This document shows positions 14,201 to 27,118 of a stretch of 63,861 bases of DNA, in pieces (the first letter of the stretch is position 1; the number at the start of each line of letters is the position of its first letter). Location: assembly GCF_003704095.1 (NCBI RefSeq), contig NW_020846697.1, positions 372,001 to 435,861 of the forward strand, read 5' to 3'. The notes under the pieces are model-generated. The model made no database searches, was not told the DNA's origin, and was given only the letters and a program-made list of their open reading frames with translations. The translations under genes were made by a program, and so were the position numbers. The stretch comes from Pocillopora damicornis. Its lineage: Eukaryota.

Positions 14201-15289
14201 TAAAGAAGATGTACATTAGATCTTTCCTATTACACGACCTATTGATTTCAAATCCTCCAAAGAGGATCACGCGAGAGAAACACAGGGGCTTCCTTGTTCG
14301 ATTAGAGGTTGGACAGGGACTGGGGGAATTAAGTGCCGGTAGAGGGTGCAATTTTCTCGCTGTTGGATGTATGTGCAACATTTAAAGCTTTGAAATTTTG
14401 TGTGGCGTGGATGTTAGATATAGAATTTGCGTCACGATATAATAGGGGTCACTTTGTAGTAGGTCGTGATCAACGCCGGCTGCCAACGAGAAGTGCATGC
14501 CACATTAAAGGTGGAAATGCTGGTGAGCCATCGTGGCGCCATCGTTCTATCAATTTTTCTTACACGAAGGAAAGGCATTTAAAAAATTATCCCTCGTCAT
14601 CTGTGAATAAGCTCTGAAAAAGAGCTGTTGGCGAACGTACCAGCTCTGTATTTGGTAGAGTTATAAGAGAGTTCTTGTATAAACTGCACTACTGCTGGGC
14701 AAATGCAGTTAAGCAGAAACCTCAATGTCAAGTTTATCTCTCGATTTGTTTGCTGCAGGTCAACTGGCTTTAAACGCAAAAATAACAAACAAAAGCTGCC
14801 GAGATGACACGATAACCTCACTCTTCAATTCTCACCAAAATATGTAAAACATTTGCCGAAGCCGGTAATAAAAATGTGGTCTTTCCGGCTTGTATTCAAT
14901 CTCATTCACTTTTTCCTGTCGGTATTATTGGAGAACAGAGATAGATAGAAGTCATAAAAGGAGTAAGAAATAATTCTTGGAAAAAAGATAGACCCAGTGG
15001 CCATGGAATGATTTTTAATTTCCTTGAGTTTCTCTGGAATAAATGAATGTTCTCCTCAAAACATGGATATGCATCGCGAGACCTTTCAGAACTTATGGCG
15101 GTATTCGGGCGTCAAAGATGTTTTCAAGTTAAGCCATATGTACGGATAAACGCGTAACTTTCCTTGTTTTAAAGTTGTTTCAGGACAAAGAAAAACTTTA
15201 AGAAAAAAATTGTCCTCGCCCTGATTTCGGAATTGAACGTAAAATGTTTCTTTAGGCATGTAATCCCGTTTGCTTTTTCGTACCTTTCG

Positions 15290-15405
15290 ACTTACCTTCA
15301 CTCCTTCATTCAGTCTTTTAGTCTTTCTCTCTCTTTCTTTCCTCCTTCCTTTCTATAGTTTTTCTTTCTTTCCCTCTTTCCTTCAGTCTCTTTGTTTTCG
15401 TTTTT
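15290..15405. repeat. CT-rich low-complexity tract
   Basis: Runs of tttc/ctct. Confidence 0.6.
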
Positions 15406-16599
15406 GCATGGTTAGCCTTCTTGAAGAGCTATTCATAATTTATTTGTCATTCAACTGAATATCAGAATTTACTCGCAATTTCATTGTTGACGGTTTTCTG
15501 TTAAGTTACCTCACTTGCCTCTTCGTAATTTCTACTTCAATGCTATGGCTGAACATATTGAAATGACTCCCTAAAGGTCATTAATTTATTTATAGCTAGA
15601 AGAGAACTTTCCCCTCCCCGGGATCCCGTTTTCACGTTAGGGTTTGTGTAATCTTGGGAGATCATAGCGCTGTCTTGTGGAGAACGTAGAGAGGTTATAA
15701 TTATATATAAAGTGGCTGCAAAATGGCAACAGATTAATTTCCATCTTGGCCTCTCTAAAATCTTTTCTTAGCAACGACGATTATTCATTAAATATGGAAA
15801 TCTAACCGCTACCGGCTTACAGGTGAAGTGTAAGTCCACGGTCTCTTCAAATCAGCAAAATCTTTCTTACCCCATGCAAATAAGCTTCACAAGTGCTGAA
15901 TTAACGAAGAAAGGAGTTTTTGGATACATTTTGCTTAAGCCACTGATAAACGGCTCTTGCGTGGTTAGGTTAGCCGATTACTATTCACGAACACAGGTGT
16001 AAACTTTATCGACATGATTATCACCCTCAAAACAGCAACAACTGTACACAATTGGCACAAAAGTTTGAAAATGTATCAAGAGCAGACAGTGAAAGTGGAA
16101 ACTGTTGAACGTTAGCGCTCTATAATTTAAGAGTAGTTATTTTATTTCTAACTGTGATGACAAGAATGTCAACAGCAATACTTTCATGGTGTTTTTATTT
16201 ACTAAAGCAGGTGTTTAAACACTGCTGGGGTTTCAGACTCCTAAAGAAGATGAGTGAAAACTGTACTTTCACTCAAACAACGGTGTGTTAAGAGATTGTA
16301 CTACTTTTTGCATCATTCTGACTTTGGGCGTTAACGACTTGAGCATATTTGAATAATCTTCTGGCCCATTTTCTGGCGTGTAAATCATAGACAAAGAAAG
16401 CTATCGTTGTCATAGGATCGTGCTAATTTGCATAACCAAATAAACTACTATTGAACTTCCTCGCGTGGGTTGTTGTGTTGTATTCTAGTGAACAAATATT
16501 GGTGTGGCACCTTGTACTTTTTCGCTTGCTGAAACCCCTTGCGTGAAGGAACTCTTTTTCGCGTCACCACTCGATATTTTTATGTTTTCTACCGGATAT

Positions 16600-16702
16600 C
16601 GCTGAACGATAAGCCTGTTTTGATTCATCTTTGGGTCGCTAAATCCCTAAATACGATAATTATAGCACGACCTTTAACGCTCTTGCGGTTTCGGTCCAAC
16701 CG
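16600..16702 (+). promoter_or_regulatory. Candidate 5' UTR exon of the rootletin-like gene
   Basis: Strong donor CCG|GTAAGT after 16702; acceptor ctttcacgcag| at 17676, five nt before the ATG at 17682. The 5' boundary is unknown. Confidence 0.4.
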
Positions 16703-17681
16703 GTAAGTATAAAAGTTCATTACATTTCAAAATATGAATACCGTCACGAATGATGATAACAAATAAGAAAATGTCTTTGCAACGTCTTTCTCGTTGATTT
16801 TAGAATTGTTACAGTGACATTTAAAGAAAGAACTTTGTCAGTTGTCATCATCTGAATGGCGATATAAAGTTTAAGCAGTTATTTCGATATGATGTTTTAG
16901 TTTATCGGTGTCAATAAATAATTATTTCCACGAGGACTTGTTAAGTTTTTACTTATTTCCTTAACCACATTGATACCTTTTGGTCCTTCTCAGGGAATAC
17001 AAGTCTTTTGCAAACGCCTCAATTCGCCTCACAGCAAATAGATTTAAGCTGACCGAAGGGAATCTACTTAAAACCTTGACATAATGAAATACCCTAAAAC
17101 TTATCCGGCCGAAAAGTTCGGCCTGAAAGTTAAAAAATAAAAGAAGAGTCAATTTTTGTCAGTGTATAATATTTTTACCGGTAAAGGGAAGTTTCTGAGT
17201 AGACATCTGGTGCCAACATTTACATAGTAATTTACATTTAGTTTTCAGCTCTGTGTTCAAATAAACGCAACCAGGTTAATTTCTGGCAGTTGTTATAATT
17301 GTTGTTTCGTTAACATTCAATGGCCCTTGAAGTTTAGCTCTCTGATTGGATGTTTAAAGAAACCTCAGTAAGTGTGATGTCCAGTGGGCAGTAGTCTGTG
17401 AACGGAGTTTATTTGAATTTGTCACTGGAGCATAAACTATGAACTTATTTGAATTTTAACGGAATAGCGCGCGAGTACACTAAGTCAGGGGGAAAAACGA
17501 ATTTTGCCTCTCCGTGAGATGATTTAACACATTTTACGATTGAAATTTAAAAAAGGCTTACGCAAGATAGAGCGCATGACTGAAAAGCTGACTGACATTT
17601 AGAAATATTTTACAACGTCACAGCTGTTTGCTTTTCTTTTTATTGACGTGTCAAACTGACCTCGTCTTTCACGCAGGCAAG

Positions 17682-20600
17682 ATGTCCGATGATAGCTACT
17701 CTCGCGAGATTTTACCCGAAGCTCGGGTCCTTAATGGTTACCACTCTGCTGGGTTTGATCAGGATGATTTTAACCCAGATAAAGGGGTCGTCAAGATTCC
17801 CAAAGAGAACGGAATAAGTAAGGTATGATTACATTAATAACGGACATATCATCTCAAAGCTGGACAGTTTTAAGCGCAATATGCACATCAAACTAAAATA
17901 AAACGTTACGCCAAAGAGGCTATAGATAGAGATTTGAAAGGAGCACACGGTGCTTCGACCCACGTCGCAAAGGAATGTGACTTTAGGTCATCGTCCATCG
18001 AAAAAATATATTTTGATCAATTGTTAACTTTGTTCAGCCGTCTGATAGTGAACAAAGGCTTGTGCGTTTCTAATTCAGCGGAATTGACCTGCAACCCAGC
18101 TCTTTATCACGTTTCACACGCCAAAGAAAATGAACGTATTTTTAGTAACTATAATAGCTTGGTCTACGAATAGAGTATCGCTATAACAACTACTTGAATA
18201 GTAGATTTTTCATGATATTATTTGAACACCTCTCTTAATATCATTGACAATGAAGTGCTACCTCGCATAAGATCGACTTTCCTTTTTATCTATTTGCTCA
18301 AAAATCAGTACATAGTTTATTTTAAGTTATCAGTGTTTACTTTTCAATCTAAATCGAGATTCCTAACAAGTCATGATCAGCATGAACACCACAATCTATA
18401 TTTTGACAACAAAGTAAAGTTAACTTATTGCAAGGGATTAAGTTCATTTCAGTTTAACCTGTCGAGTGCGTATGTCCTAGTTCGATCTTCCGTACCACAG
18501 CTTTCAAGTTTGCCGCTATCTTTATTTTTCTTTCGTCAAACAAATTCAAATTTCATAACTTTCTTTCAAGCGTAACCCCTTGTGACATCGAAAACAAAGG
18601 AAAACAACACATAAAAGCTTGGCGTTCAATGATTTACATATCGCGCGAAGATATGCATAACGGTTTCTTGTCCTGATGAAACGAATTATTGAACCTTGAA
18701 ATTTCAGTGTTCTTCAGGTAATAATTTTTTTCAACCCTTTTTAAAGAAAACAAGACTTGCATATTTCTAAAGGTGAGTGAAAATTTGAAGAGGTGAGCTC
18801 TGGGAAAACACTTGACATGTTTTTAGACGCCTGTTCAGCACTTTTATTATTTTTTGTTAATGCATGTCTAGATTTGAAACTTTTGAGCGAACCGCTCTGG
18901 TGTCCAACGTTTTTGAGATCTGTTTTCACTTTGCCTGGCAACACTTTAAATCGATCAGTGGTTATTGATGGCGGCGGAGAAAAGCAATTCCTTTAGCCTC
19001 CAAAAAGATTCTCAAAGGTCTTTTTTCCAAACTTGTCGGTTATCTCACTACTACTGTGCAGAAATGAGTAATGAGCAGTTAAGATTCCAGAAGCTTAGCT
19101 AAAGCTTGTTTTACAATCTAGTCTATGCAAGCGGGCGTTATCACGGAAAACTCAAAAAGAACTTCTGTTATGCTTAAAACTCAGCCATTGCCTTTTCTTG
19201 ATACTTTTCACATAAGGGACAATATCAGGAGAAATCTTGTTCACTGACATTTCCGAAAGTTGTGTGACAAAGTAATTAACTTGAGTGAATGTCGTTTTGA
19301 CGTCTCTCACGCTCGACTGTAGATTTTTGTAAAAATTTTTGTTGTTTGGTAGCTATGTCATGGAGAAAAAACATGCTGCTTACTTTCAGATATCCGTTGA
19401 TATTCGCTCATATAAGGTGCTTAAGTTCTCGCGCGTGGTATCTCGCGTGGAGAACGTTACCTCGCAGGCAGACATAACTATAATAGTGATATCGAGCTAA
19501 TCTCCTGCTGCTCTTTTTAGAGAAAAAAATGAATTGAAATTAGTGGAACCTAAGGGCGAGCTCAGAAACCTCACAGTTCCTCTAGTAATTTTGAAACTAT
19601 GTTTTGAAAAATTCCCTGTTGATTATAACTAACATTGTTCTTCTTTCACAGTGATACCTCTTTATGTGAGCAATAAAAGATTTGCTATTATTTGCTGTTG
19701 GAAGATTACAAAATGTACTCTTCATTAATTGGTATTGAGGTTTCTATGCCCTTTTAACGGGAAATATTGCGTAAACCGACACTCACTTCTTCGCTCTTGT
19801 TTTAGGAATATTCAATAGGGTTCAGCGAGGACATCATGAGGTGTGTACAGTTTGTGCATGTTACGTGACGTATGCAATTATTAAGACAGTTGTGGATTTT
19901 CTTTTTACGTTATGGTTTTGCCGCACAGCACGATGTTTATGAGCAGAATAGTTTCTGCTTTCATTATTATTCACATAGAAGGTAGATCTTAAAGACCTGT
20001 CAGTTCGACTGACTTAATGGTAACTTCAACTGTAATTTCAGTTCCCCAACGCATTACCAGAACGGAAATAGTGCGAAGGAGCAATTGATAGAAGCAATAA
20101 AAAACCGAGACAATGCAGAACGAGAAATCAAAGCGCTAAAGATGCAGCTCAACATGGCAGAAGAGACTCGTGACAGCGTGCGGAGGGACCTCATGGATGC
20201 GCACAGGAAAATGCGGGAGTGCGAAGAAGCAAAAGAGTCTCAAAGAAAGGAAAACTTGGCGCTCAGAAGACAAATCAAAGACGAAGAAATTGAAAAGAAT
20301 GCATTTCAAAAGACCTGTGAAGAGCTGCGAGAGAAAGTAAAACAGACTGAAAGCGAGCGGGCTGAGACTAAACGTGCTCTAGACGAACTCGAGAACAAAT
20401 TTAGAGTGTGCGACGATAGTCGTACGAGCCTCACCGGGGAGGCGAACGATCTTCGTAGCCGAGTGAACGAGTTCGAGGCGGAGCGCGCCGAGACTAGGCG
20501 AGAACTGCAAGAGGCATTGCGTCAAGTAAAGATTCTCAGCAGCGAGTGTCTGATGGGGAAGAGAGAAGCTTCAGATCTTCAAGAGAGGCTGGCACATGAG

Positions 20601-23600
20601 GAATCTTTACGCGAAGAGTTACGACATGAGGCGTATAACTTAAAACAAAGTATACTGCAAGTGGAGAGCGAGAAGGAGGAGGCAAAACAGAATGGGGCGA
20701 AACTACAAAGAAGGTAAGGAAAGAAACTTGTACATACTTACTTAAGGTTTTTTAGCTTTTGCATGCACAGCCAAAAGTTCTGTCAACTAAGACTTTCAAG
20801 GCTTCCTCTGTCACTTTAATCTAGTTGCAAATCCTTCTCAGACTACAAACCATCACTGTACCTAATCCCATTTAAGTTCCCTTCTATCATATTTACACCT
20901 CACAGTAAATTTTGACCGGAACTGAAACCTGTACCACTTTATAGAGTGTAACTCAGCTTTTACGATGTAGCCGTCACGCTCTCAAACTTCGAAGTATCTC
21001 AGAGTCCCTTGCTTAACTGATAAATTTTGCCTGGTATTAAAGGATCAAAGAAGCAGAGGACACCTTTGCGAGTCGAGAGAAAGATTACCAAGCTCAGATA
21101 GAGGAGTTCAAACAGTTTGAGCAGAAAGCCAGAAGTAAAATGAGAGAAATGGAGAATCTTCTCGAACAAACGACATTTGACCGGGAAAATTACAAAGCTC
21201 AGCTGTCTGGAAATGATGGAAGAATTAGCGCTCTGGAATCTCAACTTTCTCGAGTTGAAGCTTCCAAAAATGAATTAGAATTTAAGCTTTCAAGTCTTTA
21301 CTCAATACTTCGAAGATCACTTGGCTTACGATCCCAGTCCCGACCTACCTCGCCAACCGAGGGTAGTCCGAAGAAGAACCAAAGATCATACCGAGGGCGA
21401 CCAAGATCGGGCTCAGGTATGTCTAGTTTGAAGCTCAAACAGGTGGTTTTCTTCTTGTTTAGGTTAAGATATTTCAAAGAGGATCGGGGACCTTTAGGCA
21501 TATATATGTCATATCGCCTCGCCTGGGTTGAAGAAGCTGTGGGGGTTTCACACACACATACATTGCAATGAAGTGACTGATGACAAGAACTGTTGAACCT
21601 GTCAGTTTTATTGTTGAGACAGAACATTATCAAGACGAAGAATTCAGCTGAAGCCTTAGCATCTGAGCTACCTAACTCAGCTCAATAAATGCCTCATTCG
21701 TGACACTGAAAGCACAAATCCAAGATTCTGCTCCATAACACTGACACTGTTTTGTTCCCTTTGATAGATGACTCATCGGATGACATTGATCCAGACGCTG
21801 TGAAATCGTCCTTAAGTGAGCTGCTACAGAACCTGAAAGACGCCGAGAGAAAGAAAGAGGAGAGTTCAGTGAAAGTGGACAGTTTGCAGAATTCTGTGGC
21901 TAAGTTGGAGGAAGAAAGAGCGGCTCTGGACGGAAAACTGCGAGCTGTTCATCAGGAAATGAACGAATTGAGAGAACAGAAAAGACTACTGGAAGAAAGA
22001 TTGAACAGCTCAGAGACCGCACTTACGTTGCAGGTGAGGTGAATACTTTTTTCGGTGTCAGGTGTAAGAAAAGTTTGAATAAGTCACACAGGTACACATT
22101 ACGCACTAGGAAAAAGAACGTTTCTACAAATTGGTAAAGGATTAGTTGGCCGCACGGTTCACGTTTAGTACCTCAGGGCTGGTTTATTGTACTGTTTTCT
22201 TGGGGGAGACACTTTATCACCACGGTGCTTCTCTCCCCCTGGGCGTGTAAATGGGCACCAATAATTCACCAGTGTGCGTGTGGGTGGGGGGAGGGACTTG
22301 CAAGGGGATAACTTTCTATAATAGCATGCTCTAGGTCTGAACGCCTTGGAAACTGAGGTGGTAAACTACCTTTTAGAGACTTAAATTTTACCATCGTTGA
22401 AAATTTAGCACCTCCTTGAAGAACAATGAAACTGCGGTTAGCTAAGGCAAAAAGTCTAGAGATTGCTGCTTTTCTGTTTTCAGGAGGAGGCAATTCAAAA
22501 GGTTGAGCGAGAACGAAATGGCATGAATGAAAAATTGCAAATGTTGGAAGGTACATTGGGCCTGTCGGAAAGCGAGAGGAAGCAGCAACAAGAGAAGATT
22601 AGAGAGCTTCAGGAAACAGAGAAAAGACTGAAAAGCGAAAAGCACACATTGAGGGCCCAAATGGAATCTTCATCCGGAGAACTAACGAAGAACGAGTTAA
22701 AGCTGAAAGCCTTGGATGGCGAATTGCAAAGGCAGAAGCGTGTTCAACAAGATGCGGAGGCTGAAAATAGAGAACTACGTGAAAGGTTGAGTGCTGCTTT
22801 AAAAGCAAATCAAGAATTGGAAAGCAATGTGTCCAGTTTAAACCTTGCAATTCAGAAACTAAACAGTGCTGTTTCCAAAGGGGAAGAAGAGGAGACGCGG
22901 CTAAAAGAAAAGGTACAGGCTTTGTCGGTTTCTCTGAGTGAAAGCAATTGCAGCTCACAAAACTTACAAGACCACATTGCTCAACTTCAGCGGTCTCTTG
23001 AAAGCTCAGAAGGCGACAAGCGTTTGCAACACGAGAGAGTGGTAGCACTTCGCGAAACGGTGAAAGATTGCAAGAATGAAAACCGTGTGTTGGCTGAAAA
23101 AGTCAGTTTCTTGGAGAAAACCAGAGAGGAGGCTGAACTGCGGATAAATGACTTCGAAAATCAAGTAAAGCACGTAAAAGGTCTCCTGATGCAGCGTCAA
23201 CAGCATGAAGATGAACTTCTCGTTAAACTGCAAGACCTGGAGAGTGAAACTCATGCTCTCAAAAGCGAGAACTCTTCTCTACATAAAACAAATTCTTCCT
23301 TCGAGGCTGAGAAGAAAGATCTGGAAAAAAGCAACCTGCGAATTGGCAAAGACGTCCATGCTCTTAAAAAGACGCTTGATAGGCTCCAGAGAGAAAGATT
23401 GGAGTTTGAAGAATCCTTCTTCGAGTCGAATCAAGAGAAAGAAGCTCTCAACAGAACGCTGAGTGAGGCGGCAAAGGAAAACCTAGAGTTAAAAGAAAGA
23501 GTAGAGTCATTAGAAAAGGAGCTTCAACTGGTCCAAGTCAAACACACGGAAAGGTAATAGGTCTTCTTTAACAAGTTAGTCTGTCCTTCAGTGAGTAAAC

Positions 23601-24844
23601 TAAGAGGTGGAGAGTCTCTCAGTAAAGTAGTCAGCCTGATGCATTTCAGTAGTCAGTTATCGACAGCCGTCAAACAGCAATTCAGCACAATTTTCAGTCT
23701 GCTAGCAAGCCAGTTACACAGTGACTTATTACAATTGTCGGTTCATCAGTCAGACGGCCAGTCATACAGTGACTCAATGCATTTGTCAGTCAGTCAGTCC
23801 GCCAGTCATACGGCGACTCAGCACAATTGTCAGTCTGTTGGACAGCCAGTCAGTCGGTGTGTCAGTCAGTCGGTCAGTGATCTGTTCCAATGACAATTAA
23901 TTGCAATTGGAAGTCATTCTTTAAACACTTCTTCCGTCCGTTTTTCTTTTCTGTCTATAGCTTACTAGAAATAACAGAGAAACAGCAACAAGAATTGGAG
24001 AAAGAGGCGAAAAGATCACATTTGACGCTGGAAAAAACACAGAAGACTTCCGAGAAGCGAGAAAGATCGTACAAGGCAAAGCTGGAGGCTTTGGAGAAGC
24101 AGGTAATTATTTGGAAAGTTTCAACCTGACCGTATGTATAGTCTTTTAATTAATTTGTTTGATATCCTGACGTCACATGACCCTTCACTGTGGGAGTTGA
24201 TATACATCGTACGAACTGGATTAGGAGACTCCATCTCTGTTCCCTTATTTGTCTCTAGATCTCAGCAATGTTTTTCGCTATAAAACAGTGAAATCAATTA
24301 GGCTTTTTAATTTATGTTCTAGGTTACTTTCCTCCAAACTGAACTCCACAATGAACGAGAGCAGAAAATGGTGCAAAGTAACAAAGCTGCCATAAAAAGC
24401 GATGAAATACGAGAGGTTCGGCAGTCTTTAGGCAAATCACTCCAAGCAGTCGAAGAGGACGCGAACAACCTTCGCAGTATGCTAGGAAAATCTCTTCGTA
24501 AAATCGACCGTTACACCGAAGCTATCCGACGAAACGAACCACCTCTACCATCCACTGACACAGAGGGATCAACCGTAGATACGTTTCCCCGTCAACAAAT
24601 CGATCAATCATCGGAAGAGGCGAAGTATCCCCGATCATCGAAGAGAGGAACGAGGTCGGCCTCACATACGAACTCTAGGGAACGAAGCAAATCTCATGGA
24701 CTGCCATCCTCTACTCGTGCCCCATCTTCGGGTGTTATTATGAGCAACTCTAGAAACGATTACGAAGGTGTGGCGTTAGAATTATCTCCCGAAATTCACT
24801 CCCCGCTTAGGCGGTATAGAAGAGATAGGAAATCTGTCAATTAA
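17682..24844 (+). CDS. Rootletin/CROCC-like coiled-coil protein, 8 coding exons (~1073 aa): 17682-17822, 19806-19840, 20042-20713, 21043-21416, 21768-22033, 22484-23553, 23961-24102, 24323-24844
   Basis: All junctions are GT-AG and phases chain (0,2,2,1,0,2,0); total 3222 nt. Heptad-rich E/K/L/R/Q composition with rootletin-like landmarks: LSSLYSILRRSLG followed by a Ser/Pro linker, DIDPDAVK, and RERSYKAKLEALEKQV. The first two small exons are less certain. Confidence 0.85.
22150..22265 (+). mobile_element. Degenerate SINE fragment in an intron
   Basis: tgttttcttgggggagacactttatcaccacggtgcttctctccccctgggcgtgtaaatgggcacca resembles the central domain of a widespread metazoan tRNA-SINE (tgttcttgggcaagacactt...ccacccaggtgtataaatgggtacc). 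Confidence 0.6.
23575..23885. repeat. Degenerate (CAGT)n microsatellite in an intron
   Basis: Many cagtcagt units; explains spurious ORF 23591-23893. Confidence 0.75.
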
Positions 24845-25721
24845 TATCAAAGGTGTGTGAATCTTGCTACAATGTGTTAAATGGACCGTTGCGTGCAACC
24901 GTTTGAGAGAAAAAGAAAAGAATGAATTGTTTAAGAAATGCTTAAATCAATGCAAATCGTGATAATTTCGTCTTGTAAAGGAAGCCAGAGGTAATTTTAA
25001 TAATGTGTATAATTTAAATTCGCACGAGTCGAAATCAAATATCTGTAAACTGCGTGATTGCCGACGCATTCTCAATTAAATAACATTCCAACTGAATTTA
25101 TCTCAGTTTGTCAACACTTATGGTACAAAAGATTTCATATTCGTCGTAAGAGAGAGTTTCGATCTATCTATAAGAGAAAATTATACGTGTACTTAGGATA
25201 ACACCAGAAGAATGCACAATTTGTAATAATACACTTTAAACTTCCGTCCATAATCATATTTTGTGGTGTTCGTACCTACGGTGCGTTTTTTTTTCAATGA
25301 AACGTGTCCTCTCTGATTGCTTTGCAACTTTCAACGATAGTTTTGTTCCAGAATTGATAGAGGTTACCCTGTGTTGATCCAGCTGAGTTTGTTGTAGCGT
25401 GCATTTAGATTAAACCGATCTCCTCACAGTATCAGCTGATTTTCGAAGCAGCAAATATCTTCAAGGACTATTCCAGTGTACTTTAGTTGACCGAAGCTAG
25501 GGTGGGAGGAAACAGATTTATCACTGGGGGTCTTCCCAGTCGAGATCCCCGGCCCGAAAGGATCGGCCATGTTAGTGTTAGGAATTTTACCACTGAAGCC
25601 ATAGAGAAGGTTGACGGAAGGGGTACTTTGATGAAAGGAGATGCTATGGCGGACAGCGGCCGAAAGGGTGCGTGGTCATTAGCAAATGCTTTAGGGATGT
25701 GAAACGTCTTATTGAAATCAA

Positions 25722-25894
25722 NNNNNNNNNNNNNNNNNNNNNNNNNNNNNNNNNNNNNNNNNNNNNNNNNNNNNNNNNNNNNNNNNNNNNNNNNNNNNNN
25801 NNNNNNNNNNNNNNNNNNNNNNNNNNNNNNNNNNNNNNNNNNNNNNNNNNNNNNNNNNNNNNNNNNNNNNNNNNNNNNNNNNNNNNNNNNNNNN
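25722..25894. other. Assembly gap
   Basis: Run of N. Confidence 1.
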
Positions 25895-26539
25895 CCTCCC
25901 CCCCACCCCCTAACTCGATTTGACGGCTTCCTTTTCAGAAGAGTTGGACAAGTACATTCATACTTGAAAAATAACCACTCGTTCTTTGACTATTCTTTTA
26001 ACTAGATTTGGTGTTTGGTTGTTTAGAAATACAAGATAACTTAACCGTACTCTCTTTTGTTTTCCATTAGAGAGAGGTTAGAGTTGCGTTACCGTACGGG
26101 CATGAAGTTGTCGTACGGCGACACAAGTAATAATCATTCTATTTGTTTTCAGATTTCCAACGAAAGAGGGAAGTAAATGGACAAGCAATGTGGTTTCTCC
26201 TCCGTTTTAAAAGCACGTCGTGTCGGCCAGTGAAATCTCACGAGTTAATTATGTTTACAAAGTGATTTTGTCTTATGCAAACGAAGCTAGCAGTTAATAA
26301 TTATTTCGACCTTCTGTTAACGCGGCAGCTAGGCAACCATTTGTCCTTAAAAGAATTTTATCGGATTAGTACGGAGTTTATTTTGAGGTTGCCTTCTCAG
26401 GTTTGATACACTTTGAATAGTAAACTTCAAGTTCAACGAAAGTTTGAGGTTACTAAGGTCTCGCGGTCGCGTGAATTCAAATGGAGCAAATACAATTGTT
26501 CCTTTTGTATTATAGGGATTTCTAAAGAAGCAAAACACA

Positions 26540-27118
26540 ATGGCGGATATTGTCATCAAAAATGGTTACAACGGCTTCGACAACAAAGGCCATAATTCTA
26601 AGAAATTTAGCAAACCTCTTCTGTCGTTCAAGAACAGACTACCACCATTGCCAAACGACAAAAGTAGTGTGGTTTCGTCCGAACGCGGCTTACATTCTCC
26701 TTTCCTACAAGGTTCGCTGTCAGATCACAGCAATACAGATATTGTTATTTTGTTGGACGACGAACTTAAACGAATTCGCCAATTGAGCAATAACCTTGGG
26801 ATAAACCAACGCTACGAAATAGCTCAATATCACAACCGCTTTCACGGCCTCAAACAAGGCCGACTACCGCAGATAGAGAGCTCAAAATGTTGGAGACAGA
26901 GTCACAACTGGATAAAACGAAAGGATAATATTGATAGACATGACACTCCAAAATTCCAGACTGGTTTTAATTTCAAAGCCGCGGAAAAATTCAACGTGGA
27001 TTTGGACAGTTTGCCGAAGGGAGGAAAGAAATTACTTAAACCTGTCGATATACCATCGCTTGGGTGTTCGTACAGGTTACCGATACCCAAGGAACAAAAA
27101 CAGAGAACTACTAAATGA
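26540..27118 (+). CDS. Uncharacterised basic 192-aa protein, single coding exon
   Basis: ATG in good context (acacaATGG), 24 nt after acceptor ttttgtattatag| at 26515. Candidate donor CAG|GTTTGA at 26400. X-box-like GGCAGCTAGGCAAC at 26324-26337. Contains RLPPLP and RLPQI motifs. Confidence 0.65.
   Translation: MADIVIKNGYNGFDNKGHNSKKFSKPLLSFKNRLPPLPNDKSSVVSSERGLHSPFLQGSLSDHSNTDIVILLDDELKRIRQLSNNLGINQRYEIAQYHNRFHGLKQGRLPQIESSKCWRQSHNWIKRKDNIDRHDTPKFQTGFNFKAAEKFNVDLDSLPKGGKKLLKPVDIPSLGCSYRLPIPKEQKQRTTK

Noticed and set aside
5550-21600. Hammerhead-ribozyme-like CTGATGA/GAAA words at several positions
   Set aside because: Could not build the required stems around any of them by eye; an Infernal search would settle it.
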